DNA of 64,000 bases from Ophelia neglecta (lineage: Eukaryota): assembly GCA_965285935.1 (NCBI GenBank), contig OZ260661.1:103354001-103418000 (forward strand). The letters are read 5' to 3'. Both the position numbers and the translations under genes were made by a program. Below the pieces are notes generated by a model. The model was not told where the DNA came from. It ran no database searches and saw only the letters and a list, made by a program, of their open reading frames with translations. Of this stretch, positions 39,101 to 52,789 are shown piece by piece (position 1 is the first letter of the stretch; each line of letters opens with the position of its first letter).

Positions 39101-42100
39101 ATACCAGGTAGCACACGAATGTGCGTAACTGCTTATCAAATAAGCACAAATTAGTTTCAAATGATATTTAAAATGTCCCCAAATTGAAAGATTATTTTTG
39201 TCCCGCCACTTGATTATCATAATACTTCGTACGGAAAACCAGATTTATTCGCCCATTAGTTATCTATTATTAATCTAAATAAAACATTATTGATGTATTA
39301 ATAATCTACCCAGGTCATTATTTATGTTTTAATAATCTACCCAGGACATTTTTAATGGATCATTAATGGATTATTAATCCATTATCGATATATTATTAGT
39401 ATATTATTATCCATTATTAATGTTAACAACATTCACGAGGATGAACATTGTTTATAATAATAATTATCAATTATTAATAATAAAAATGATAATGCATTAA
39501 CAGTATTTTCCCTTTTATGCGAGCATTGTTACTGATTTATTAATTTATTTTTGAACAATTTAATTTATTTTTTTTATACTTTTGCAGCATAGAAGAGGGG
39601 AAAGAAATTAAAGAAGCGCCAATTATGCCCAGATATTTCATACATTTTTATATATTAATAAGCATTATTAGGAACTTGTGCTGGCTTAAAACGAGTTGTA
39701 ATGGGTTAAACTCTTCTTGGTTAAGCAGAAGTAACATTCAAGTTTTTAAAAGAAGATGAGTGCTTCATCATTTCAGTTTTAGTAATTTACTCCTGGTGCA
39801 ACTTGTCAATTAATAATATATCTTTATAATCATTATAATAAACCTGTGTGGCCAGATTAATAATATTATTAAGGTATTTTAAGGACATTATTAGATTGAA
39901 ATAAATGCATTTATGGTATAATTACAGCATGTTTGTTCTGAAATAGGCCTATATATAAATGTTTTCATTCACTTTGCAACTTATAACAGTAGTATTTTTT
40001 AACCTTTAATGCAGGATGATACTTAATTAATAATATATTTATAAGGCTGTTTAATTGATTATTAATCGCTTCTGGTCTGTTTCCAAAAATAATTGATTGA
40101 AACATTACTAGTACATTATCAATACATAGTTCATCATTGATCATTCACAAACTGCAAACTTTCCTTATTTAAAAAAAACTGTTCAACAACTTTCTAGAAA
40201 TTATTAGAAAGGCATGTGGGATACACAAAGAAAAACCTCATAACACAAGAAAATTGGGTTTGTGCTGGTTTCCAAATAAAATTCACTGTGACACTAACCG
40301 AAGAACAGGCTTAGGCCTATATACCAAATTAATTCGACAAAATTTAATGCAGAACACTATTATTGGGACAAATTAATGGTGTTTACAGAATGTCCGTACT
40401 AGTCCAGCTGCGGGCAGAGGAGCTTCGATTTCCAATCGAGTGCCTTTTTTGTTAGAAAAGGAGGCCTAATGAATTACGACAATAAGCAACGGATGTCGTT
40501 CATTAAACATACCAGTAGTCCATTTTGTTAACTTGTCCTTACAAGCATTTGTCATATTATCGCCGATGACGTTCTTCAATAGCCTGTAAACTGAGGTGAG
40601 CTATAAGTAGTCTATAGAAACGAAAATGTGTGCTAGTCTGTTATGTTCTTCCCTTTAATACATGCGGGACATGGGCATAGTCTTCTTGACATTTTCGTGG
40701 GTCACAATTACCAAAATATTTGTGTCAAAGGTTTTTCATAGGCGAGTTTCCGGCTTGGCCGTCCTGTTGATTCGCCGCTTGGCCGGTTGAAAGTCAGGGC
40801 GCGTTCAGCGTTCCTGGAGACTTCATCTTTTATCCTTTCCACACTGTTAATACCGCATATAAAGGAGCCGGGTTTTTCGTTTTTGACCTTTTTTTTCTAT
40901 TTCCTTTGACCATATTTTTAATCTTCCCAGACTATACTTGATCAAAAGAAAGAATACTGCCTCCACTCACAGAATCCTACACAAGGGATCAACATAACGG
41001 GAATCGTACTTACACCGATCATGGCATGTGACGCACCTGGTTGAGCGAGACGCGAAGGAATAATTGTGTTCGCTGCGGGCCGGAAATTACTAGCGGTAGA
41101 GAAGTCACTTTGACCTTCACTCACGCCTTGTAATTCGTCTTCACCCCTTCTCGGCGTTAATAATAATATATCAATAAATGGTGGCCTATTTACAGACTTC
41201 TGAGATGGCTCGTCGCCAGACGAGTCGACTTCAGGTTGTTCATGTTCCATGATGAAATGGCTCTGTCGGAATCCCTGCGGGGCAGGATCTTCTGGACAGA
41301 TCCATTAGCCGCCTCTCAAGACTCACTGATGTGTCCGGGGCCGATCGCACCCTAATCTTGTCCAGTATTTTACTTCACCCCGTTGAAATCCGCCTAACTC
41401 ATTTCCCTTTACACCGGATTATCTGACTTTTCGTCATAGACATCGAATAATGTAAAAAAAAATCTTAACCTCACATTCTAAAGTTGCAGGGAAGGTTAAC
41501 TTTATTTTTGGTCACTATTTTAAGATAATTATATCTCGAAAGGAGAAATGAACGTGCCAGTGGGTGGTCCCTTGTTACCCTGTTGCTTAGCGTATAGGCC
41601 TATGTTGCCACTTTAGCATAAATCGAAGATACTAATACAAAGGATGTCATTTATTAACATGCTACGCCAAGTTGTATTTACTTAAGCTACCATCTTTGAC
41701 GATAAAATAACTGGCGGCAAATCATTTGGCATCAAATCGATCCCTGTTTTCATCCAACTCAATGAATTATTAATTTGCGAAATAGTGAGCATTGCAATAT
41801 CAATAAAGGTTTATTAACAGTAATTGTGCAGCCCTCTGATAAAGGCTGCCGAGCTTATAGAGAAATCGAAATATGTACCTATGCAGAAAAAAACACTTTA
41901 AGTTGAGTCATTTCTATTTTCAACTTCAGTGTTGATACTTCACAGACAAAATGACAGGTCGGGTAGTGAGTAGTCTCATTAAACCTTCTCAATATGGTGT
42001 GACAGCATAACGAGATGACTTATTTCTGCTGCGGGGTGGATGGGAGGGGGGGGGGATTGGGGTAGGACCTCCGTTTCTTTTTGCAAGCTCCTCCGCTGAG

Positions 42101-45100
42101 CCTCTAGAGAGTGTGCTATGTCTGCTCTCAAAACCCTGTTCTGGATGGAGGTAAGCCCCCCCCCCCCCCCCCGCAGCATACAACCCCGCCCCAACTCCCC
42201 CTTTTATCCACCACCAACCCCCAGCTACCCCAACCCCTTTGAAATCCAAGGTCATGTAGTGAAGAGTTCCTACGTTTGGAAATGAATGGTACTGGCATAA
42301 AACAGCGTTACAGACGGAAGCGGGTTGTCATGCAGCTATAGAACTGACTAGGTCTTATTGACTTAGATGCGCAGAGAACCCCGGCTCACCATGTGCATGA
42401 CCATTAAATTGTCGAGAACTTTATTAACTTCACCTTTTTACACACATTTTCTTTCAAATTGGATGAACAGGAAACACATGGAATATTCAGTGATCGCAGT
42501 CAGATATTTGCGGTAGTTCATTTACCAAAAATAGTGCTATGATCGACAGCAATTGAAAGCTACTTTTGTTTTATTCATACAAATGACAGGCATATTTCCT
42601 GTTTATCACAATAATGAACAATAGAAGCACATTTATAGACAGAATGCGAAATTATGTCCAAATTTCGTTTATAGTTTTTGGTTTAATTTAGTTATTTTGA
42701 AGGTCTCGTAACAGTTACAACACATAAATGTCAAGTTTGTTTGTCACTTGATTTAATATGATCATTATTTCATCAGTCTTTGAAATTATAAACTGTATTG
42801 ATGCCCGCATTAACATTTAAAACCAATAACAGAAATATAAAAAATAACGCATACTGTTGAACGAAAAGCTCTTATATTAATGCTAAGTTTTAAGACTAAA
42901 CACCTGAAAATTTAAAAAAAAAAGCCACCAACACAAAGAATTGCACGCCAGTATGATAATTGGAGTGATCACGATAAAATGTGTTAGCAATGTAATCCAC
43001 CGTTTTGTAAATACTTTTACGCCCTGTAATTATCCATAGTGAAGCTGCTCAGCTGTTCAAACGTACAAATAAGATATAAGTTAGAGTGAAATTTGGCACA
43101 CTTACAAAGAAGAGCTAATCAAAGCAAAACTTCGATAAGGAATTAAAGGGGTTTTTTTCTGGTTGTTATGGTAACTTGAATTGAAGTTTTAAACAGACTT
43201 AACTGCATGAACATGTTCCTTAACAAAAGTTGATGGCAAATTTTTATGGAGATATGAAATATTACCCGCATTTACACTTCAGGAGCCTATTATTGAAGGA
43301 TGTGTTACAATAGAAACCGATCCCTAGATCGTATTTGGAAGCAATTTCCTCTTGTAAATTTGAAAAACTTTTTTATTAATTTGTGAAATGTGATTGTTGC
43401 ACTGGTGTTGCTTGTCACATACATGGGTAGATCAATTCTACGCGCTTCCAACGGTGTGTAACTTGATCACATATAGGTCAAACCTTTGTTTGTGGTAGTA
43501 AAGCTATTTCACAGCTAACTAGGGAAAGCCACGAGGCTTTGCTTTAACATGCCATTTTTCTCACTTCCTCATTATTTTAAACAAAATAATTCAGAAAATA
43601 CTTCTACAGGATAATGCTTTTATAACTTGAACGTATTTTGCTCCGACAATGGCACCCTCACCAATGCCCCTTTCGCCGGTAAAGAATGTGCTTCCTCATA
43701 TCTTTTGTAGATTCGTCGATATCACAACATCAAAGATCTTAAGTTTGATATTTACTAATGGCATGTCTTCAAATGGCGACAGGACATGGTCATAAACAAA
43801 AAGTAACTTCTAGTCTTTCGATATTCGTTTTTACTTTAGATGTATGATGCCATGGCAAGGAAAAAACTTCTAGTTTGTGGGTAGTTCTTAAGAGCAACAA
43901 AACACGATTATTTAGTTTGTTACAAGGAAATATATCCTGATTCAACTAATCAACGATATTGCCCATTGCTCCGTCTTCCTACTTCCGCCCACACTAGGGA
44001 TATTATCGTTATCACACATTCTTAATTAACGAGATAATTAGATTAGTTACTGAGTTGTTCTTGCTCTGTCTTACACAATATATATGTCGGGGACTATTTT
44101 GTGACCAAAAGAACAGCAGACGACATGACTTTAAGGGTGAAAACCATACGCTTAGCACATAATAATTTACCAATTACTTAATATGATCATCCTATGTAAC
44201 CCTTATTGAAAAAAAAACCCTTAAGAATGATTTGACTAATTGTAACAGCGATAAGCTATGTTAATCATTGTCAATCAAATAGACAGTACACCTTTTTCAA
44301 CTGACAGGAAATAATATAAGGAAAGACAATTGATCTTGTAGCGATACCATACACGTACACTCTTTACTTGCCAGTGTAAAACAACTGATCTTGAAACGCT
44401 TAAATAGTAAATTTTAGTTGGCAGAAATATTATAAGAACACTGTTTAATTGGACACCAATATAAACAAAGTTTAACTTAGCTTTTCAAGAGTTTGACTAT
44501 CAAACAGGTTGCACGTGATCATATCCAAGGGAGACCTTTAACGTGTTCATTTATACTTTATAAGGCCTTAATGTGGGTTAAAATTAGGCTTCAGGGTTAC
44601 CAGTACTCTATGAAATAAAGTTAACTTTAAGTAATCATTATATGTTTTTACAGGAAATTACAAAAAACTAAAGTTAGTATTCTGCGGATAAAAAAAAGGC
44701 AGTGAGACACTGGAATCTTTGAGGTGCTATATTCACGGGCAAGTATCTTAGTTATACGTTAATATTTAACCTTACCCTCACCTTAATAGCTTTTTTTTTG
44801 TTCCCTGACATTAAGTCAACAATTATAAGAATTGTTTTGTTTCTTCCGATTAATGTCTTTTTGACTTTTTACGACAAGAGATGTTGATTCTAGACTTACC
44901 CTCTGCTGCATTTATTATGTTGTTGATGTATAACCAGTAATGCTTGATGCTCGCACGTTGATAAACTACTTGCGTTTATTAAGAACCATGTACAATAGTT
45001 TTATATTTAAATTCGCTTGACCTAGTTGGTCACACTTTGAGTATCTTTGTTTTCTTGCGTTCAGTATGGCAGATGGTAACGCCCCCAATTGTGTTTTCAG

Positions 45101-45469
45101 TATGTTTTGTTCCACTATAAATATAATATTGTTAGAGCAACGTTTCCAGTTTACCTCTACTGTTTTTTTCCGTTGGAAGAGTGCAAAAGCACTTCTCTTG
45201 TGTAGCTCGAGATTCTTTTTAAGCACACCAGTCTGCCTTAGACTCAATTTCCATCACTATCTCTTGCTCATTCATGGTAAGAAAAGCCGGAAACTGTTTG
45301 AGTTTTAGATAAAAGCCAAGCGTTGAAGTGGTAATTAGGCCAATGGTATAACTGCCTTTGTAAGGTTGACAATTCAATTTTTCCAAGTGGTGGTTTTGCG
45401 GTCTGAGATCTACCAGACTTCAACACCGGGTGAGGTACATGGAATTACCGATTCTGTCTCCCAAACTAC

Positions 45470-45700
45470 ACCAGGAAGGTTGAAATCGCATCCAATTATG
45501 ATAGTGACAATTATATGTTTGTTATGTTTCTCCCGACTGTCAGTCATCAGACATTTGTAAGGATTGTTTTAGGCTGCCGAAGGGCTCATATTAAGAACCA
45601 ACCCATATTAACTTACTATTGCTTCCTTGGATCACCTCCAATGGTAGCACACCGACTGGTACATCTATACTGTGTGCCTATAGCACTGAGAGTAAACCTT
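45470..45700 (-). mobile_element. Decayed LINE ORF2 C-terminal fragment
   Basis: Minus-strand VGVLPLEVIQG resembles the G.LPL.IE.GR motif of non-LTR ORF2 C-termini and is followed by a degraded Cys/His cluster. Confidence 0.35.
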
Positions 45701-46699
45701 CATTATAACCAAGACACGGCCAAGTCAATCTCATTAACCTGCTCACATCTTCCCCTCTATGGCGTGCAACTTTACCTGTGTTTGGATTCACCCCTAGCTA
45801 GGAGGAGAAAATAGACTTTATCTTGGAAAGGTTCCACAAGCAAGGTGGTGCAAATGCAAACAGCTTTAATAAACGGCGCTACCTGTATATTATAATTATT
45901 TAACAGTTGCTGTGGCTCTAACAATTTTGTGCAGTATGAATGAAAATGTTTTATGATAAGGTGTGATGTTTTATTTCAATTCACGGCACGATTTGATCTC
46001 AACAAAAATACTGATATCTGCCGATTACGGGTAGTTCTTATTATCACCGTGAGTGTACTCATTAAATGACAACTTGACTATGAGTTTGATATACATGCCC
46101 CATGCATCTTCGACTCTGTTCTTATTTTCGATTAACACTACATACCATTGAGATTGTATCTTGAAGCAAGGTAATCACACCAGTATACACTCTACTGTTT
46201 AACACATTGCCATGATTCAAAATGAGCAAGCAATAGGTTATTAATTCATCACTCAACTTTCAGTATTATAATCATCATATAATATGAGCACAGAGAAGCA
46301 GGCTATCCACTGAAAGTAAGTATTGTTCTGTGATAAATATTTATGAATGTGCTTCAAGCTATTCTTCAGATGTGCAGGCATTGTGTTACCAGGTTTTGGT
46401 ATGGTTGCTATGATAACCGATAGCTGAACACCACCACACCCCTAGTCAAAAACATCATAATGCTTATGTAGAATGGCCTGTAAGTTCTAAAGTATGCAAT
46501 ATGGAAAATTTCTAAGAGGAGTGGGTAATGCTATCACCTGCTATGCCGAAAACGGGATATAAAGAACCTGCCATTTTGAAAATAGTTTAAAAAACAATTC
46601 CTTAGGAGGAATCCTTCAGATTCTTTTCCATCAGTGTTGACCATTAAGAACTTTTTTAAATAGGTTATTAGCTAAAATATCCGGGACCTTTTCAATTTC

Positions 46700-47330
46700 T
46701 ACTTGGCTTGGGCAGGATTGGAAGCAGCCAAGTCTTCCATGACTATCCATTGTTTTCAAGATTAATATGGTTGATTTCTAAGCAAGCTAGAAAGATTGCC
46801 CGAGTCCGAGTCTAGTCTTTAATATTACACAATTTCAATTAGCCCACTGTGCCCTTCCCTAACATATGGTCTGAAAATCCTGCCGAAATATGATGAATGC
46901 GTTTGAAATGGAGCACAGACGCATGGTTAAAGCCATCCAGGCTCTCCTTCGCCATACTACAAACTCTGTTGTTGGTCTTGATTGGATGGTGGACCCTGGT
47001 GGCAGATAGATAAGGCACGAGCACCTGTGAGATGTGATCTCTCTGCCGTCTGATGCGGCATACGAGCATGTGGTCATAGGCACATTGACTGCTATCAGGT
47101 CAGGGCAATACGTACACCCAACCAGCCCAACCTATGTGATGTACGAGGCTGCAAAATGACAGAATCAACGGAAGGAATTCGAAAAGATTATTGAAACAGG
47201 TGTATACCCATCCAAGATACAGAAGGAAACAATAAAACACTTGGAAGTCATCAATGCTGAAGTACACAAAGCTGGGTGTTATGATGGACATCGCGTTTGA
47301 CATAACTGTAACTGAATGTTGGAAAACTGC
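46700..47330 (+). mobile_element. Decayed LINE reverse transcriptase fragment
   Basis: Degraded motifs in RT order: AGLEAAKSS (~QAGFR..KS), VDF, RMVKAIQALLRHTTNSV (~KM.KAIQSLY..T...V), and LEVIN/YTKLGVMMD (~LEVV..YKYLGV..D). Confidence 0.4.
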
Positions 47331-49471
47331 GGAAATTTTTAGGCTCAGGCCTATTGTAAGAAGATTAGATGCTCTCTGTATGAGCAACAATCTACAATAC
47401 AACACTTGGTTTTCTGTGCCCAGCGTTGGCCCGATGGCATTCTGATATGTATGAGAATGAACTACGAACTGATTTTACAAGAAATGTCTGCTATGGTTTC
47501 GGGCCGGCCTGGGGCCGCTGGCGTGGGTCACTGGATAATTTCGGGCACGCAGCAGGCTGGGGTTTGAGAACCTATAAGAATGGCATTTTGACATCTGTCT
47601 ATTGACATCAATTTAACCCCTGGACATGAAATAATTAGTTTAAATCTGTACACAGGTTAATTTATTACTTTTGCAGACAGTCAGTGATATAAATGGTATT
47701 AATGTTAATATGACTTGAAAAAAGTGAAGCATTTTCAGTTTTATTATTTTAGTACGCCCTTAAAATTGCTTCTTATGACAAAAATTGAAGCATTTCTTAC
47801 TTAATGGTCTGAACATAAATGGTCATATGACTGGGCGGTTTTCCACTATTTGCACCAAGTGTTTATACAAAGTTCTCATATTTACGGTGTTGGTGGTATC
47901 CTCACAATAGGTTGTTTTCATCCGCTTGCCAACAGAAATTGACATTATATCGATTTGTACTGAATATTCGCCATATGTCACCAAAAATACCGGTTGATTT
48001 TGTGCCTGTTCAAATCACCGAGGATGTCAAAACAGACAAGACTGGGGTGAGGCATAATATGTAAAAAATATGTATGGATAAACCCCCATGTCCTTCATTT
48101 TTCCTGTTATTTCCCCGGCTTTTTATAGAATGGAATTTTAAAATGAAAATATATTGCGCATTGCTTCTATCAATATGGAATTCCGTCTTCTGCCTAAAAA
48201 GTGTTTATTGGTTAATGGATAAATAATCAAATGGTTTATTGTTACAAATACATGTGATTTGTACCTGGCAAATCAAAAGTAATAAAACCTTATGATAGCA
48301 AGAGGTTTTAAGTTTACTCTGGCCATATTAGATAAGGAAATGTACTATTATTGGTTTGAAATGATAAGAAAGCCTTTAATTAAATGTGAAATTTCAGATA
48401 TAGGCCTAGTGGCTGTCTGCATGGTCGGTTAGAAAACAGTGATTTTATGTATATTCTGACGCATTTTTATAGAACTGACGCATCATTTGGTACAGCTGCT
48501 GATTGCACTGGATGACAATTGCAATTAAGCCGAAAAAGAAGGCATGAAATTTACATACACAACACTGCCAGTAGTATGGGTGGTTCTGAACCAACCGATC
48601 ATGATCTACAGGCCTACACACCCAGCTGTACCCAGGGTGTCGTCTTCCTTACATTGAAATATGTTTTCAGTGCATGTATAGAAATCATAGTCAGCACTAC
48701 TTCATATTTATTCTCCAAAACACTGTCCGTTAATCGCCGAATTTCAATTTCGTACTGATAACTTACAAACATCAAACTGGTAACTGAGACAATAAAAGGG
48801 TTCATATTTCAGGGAGTCAATATACAGCAGAACCAAGGTAAAATACTAGTGAAGCCTTTACTCCCGAAAAATTCTACGAAGAAATGTCTATTGATGATGC
48901 TCTCCAATAAATGCGATACTGCGAACAGATGAATAGTCTCCCCCCATACACAAGGGGGCGGATGAAGTATTTAGTTTAAGATCATTGCACTTTGAAGTCG
49001 AAATTATACTTTCTCTCGTCACTTTTATTAACAATTGACATTGGTAAAGGTGAGAATAGTTAAAATTTCGTCGAAGGGCAAGACTTAAGCAGAACAGGAA
49101 ATTTGAATTCGCCTATAAACTACCTCCTCAATCCCCAGCAAAAGGTATCATATGCCATATTGCCATGCACGCCACAGGACTCGGCCGATACGTACTAGTC
49201 ACTGAGTTTATGATTTCACTGTTCTTGGCAGTGGAATATTTCAATATTGCACCTGTTAAATGTGGTAATGATAATTACAGTTACCCCATCCAAAATGGCG
49301 TCTCCAGCAAGGGTCAGCAATGTTTTCCTGCTGCTTTCTATCTTTTATTCACCACATAATTAACATTAAATGATGCAGATATCTACCTTAGTGGTTAAAC
49401 AATACCAGGGTACATCTCATCATACAAGTAAAACAATGAAAAATGGCAACTCTTGTTTGCAGTAAAACGAT

Positions 49472-49545
49472 GGGTAACTGATTGTTTAAGAAGGGGTAAC
49501 TGGATTAAGACGGGGTAACTTATCATTTGGGCTGGCGTAACTGAG
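49472..49545. repeat. Degenerate tandem repeat with a GGGTAACT core
   Basis: Four gggtaact/gcgtaact cores spaced about 19-22 bp apart. Confidence 0.6.
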
Positions 49546-52500
49546 TATTAGAATGAAGAAACTCACGTAAATTATACTTCAACTATAAAAAAGTCTAAAT
49601 TTTCATTTTTCAATATCATAGTGCATTTTCATGCTATTACTGTCAAAAGGATGCTTTCAATAAACCAGGAAACTTCCAGCATTCTCATTAACCTTATTTT
49701 GATTAAAATTTAAGCATTAGAAAAAGGATGCTGATTCCTAAATCCGGCGTATTTGTAATTAAATCAATAGGCTTATTGGTTTCACCAGCTTCAATAATAA
49801 TAATGGGAAAATGTGGAGTAGACAAAATATCTTTCATATATACTCAGTTCAATCTCCTCAACATAAGAAGGCACCAAATTCACAAGCCAATATACAAGTT
49901 AAATGTGTGTGTAATTTTCCCCAAATCTTTGATAAAAGATCTTTGATAAAAGAATGATATTGTGCCTCTCCTTGAATCATTAGTTAATGACAAATTGCCA
50001 AAAAGATACCATGGCACTACACCACTTCCTATATAGCGGTCATTTTTTGCGTCAGAGTAGTGTATATGTCAATCGGTACAGTGATGAGAGTCTACAATTT
50101 TGGTTATCAACAGAGAGAATGATTGATAAGAGAGCTAGCCGATTCTTTTGAATGGATACAAAAGGGAGTGGAACATCAAAGACCAAAAATTCTTGTAAAT
50201 AAAAGATGACAGCTTCAATACATACATTTTGCACTACGTGGAGCATAATGATACAAATAACTGCTTTTTATGCAATTTTCGTTTCCTTAGGGGGGAAAAG
50301 GGCAGGCAATAAATAGAAATAATAGTATTTAGTGTTATATTTTTGGGATTTTGTGTCCTAATCAGAGATCGAATTGCTGAGTTTGATAGCACTAAGGAAC
50401 TGTTAGCATTAAAAACGTGTTAGCGATAAAGTCGATCACAAACACATTTCGCTAAGAAATTATACAAGCAAGCCCTTGTTGATAACGTTTCGAAGATATT
50501 TGCTTATGGATCCCTGACAAGTAAAAGCCCCAAAAGTTTGAAATGTTTAGTCAAGGAGAATAAAAAGCCAAGGCCAAAGGAAGCATTAAACATTGTATAT
50601 GCTACACAGGTACGTTCTTCGGTGACTCGTTCTATCGATGACCGTATTGACAGTCAAGGTCATTTGACGACAGGCGACCTCAGCCCACGACTATCTCTAC
50701 TAAAATTGAAGATCTAGCCCTTGTGTAGTTTCTTATTTTAAAATAGTTTACAATCAATGTAGCCCTCAATTACCATAAACCCCAGCTGACAGACACTAAC
50801 ACTATACTACTTACCACAACCCTTACCCTTCTCCTACCTGTATTCAGTGTGTCGAGATCTTTGTGTACAGAATGTACTGCACATACGAATTTACGAAAAA
50901 GTAAACATCCGACATAAAGAAAGCATGATAATTTGACGAACGAAAACAACGTCACAGACATCACAGACACAGGATACTGTGAGCAAAACAAAGTAAACTT
51001 CGACGGATACACCCAACAGACAAAAATATAACGGGCTTTATTAATAACATAGAATTCTCTGCAGACAAATACTTCAAATGGAATGTTTATTAGGTGTCCG
51101 TGGAAGCCATTAAAGGGCGGCGCTTTCGATGCCCTATGTTTATGCCTCTGGGCCATTCTTTTACCACGAGAAGACTATTCTACTGACTTAAGTTTGATCA
51201 AGAAAAAAATTGTTGCTACAGTATTAAAAGATGCCTATAGCTAAGTTTGCCCTTTTTGTCCTTGTGGAAATAATAAGTTTGACTGTATAGTTTAGGCCTA
51301 TGACAAGACAAGGCCAGCGGACCCCTGGCTTTGAGGAGTCCGGTCCTCCAACCATGGGAACAAACAAGTTACTGACACCGGATCTGATTTTACCTGAACA
51401 CACATGTCTTCAGCTGTTATATGTTACCATAATTATTAGCTTTGCTATTCACTAGACTTTCTTCTATGTGCGATTTATCCACTGACTTAAGAAAGAACAT
51501 GATTAGCTAAATTGGTTAATAAAAATATTTGAAGGGCACCAATTATGTTTATTCAACGATGAATATGATATAGAAACAAAGCCAATTTTCCTGGGCCTAT
51601 ATCGATTTGGAGATGGCCATAAGCACTTTTGTGTTATTACTATGCGAGGACCACACAATAATGTCGTTTGCTGTATTGACATCGCTCTGGCCGCACAATT
51701 ATGCATGCCTATTGCGTAGTGACCGCTGCACAACAGTGATAGACCTATTTATAAGTTACTACAAGGACACCAGTCATTGAACTCGCATATGGCTTCATTT
51801 GCTTTTCCTCTGTGTGGGCTTGATATAATGCTGTATATCCGGGGGCATTTTTTCATTATTTCATACTGACTAGAGAAACTAGTTTAACCTAGCAACTACA
51901 TACATCTCCTTTATCGACATGACTCTGCGACCGGAAGGGGGCATTGATTTTGTTCCTTAACATTGTCCTGCAAATCGATGGAGGCAACTGATTCGGGGCA
52001 CTTCCTGTCATGCGAAACTTCGGGTGCTCGGGCGATTCATACAGCGGAAATGGTCCATGCAACAGCATCCTTCCGTGTGCAAACAATTTGCTATTAGCAT
52101 CGGCCATTTTTATATATATACATGTATGTACGACTTTGTTGTCGATATTCTTATAAATTAGACATTAGCATAACAACTGCCATACGCAAGCCACACCATA
52201 ATCTCGTACGAGCATGCTTCGCTTCGTCGATATGAGGCAACTGTTGAATCGGCAAGCGTGTTTCTAGTGGCTGCCTAAAGCACTTCGATATAGGATTATC
52301 AAATACATATCAAATACACTTGCACGTTGCGACGAGGCATTCAAGCTGACAGACGAGCATATCCGCTGTATATGAGGCGCTCATAACTACTTTATAAATG
52401 ACGCCACACAGGAAGGCTTGATATTGAGAAGTAATCTCTCATGAAAGGTTAAGACTGATTGCGGACTGCTTAAGTATTTGATTGTCTACTACACCGTGCA

Positions 52501-52789
52501 CGTTTACGTTGTCATCGTCGCAGCCTTCATTAGAGAACCAAATCTTCTTATTGTTTGCTTTGTCCTCATCACAGATATAATGCAGAAATTTTATTAGATG
52601 ATAGCAAACCCGTCCAGCGACAGTTATCAATCACCACGAAAAGGCCTAACGCGTTCAGGACATAAATGAAATTGCTATTGATATGACATTTGTGTTGGGC
52701 ACCAGGAGCTCATCCATGGCGAATCGGTAACTACGCTATACATGGAGAAAAACAATGACATTTAGAAGTTGAAATCTAATCTAATAAGG

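Noticed and set aside
45066-45308. ORF starting MADGN, like BRI3 paralog B
   Set aside because: Similarity is limited to five residues, with no matching donor or downstream BRI3 exons.
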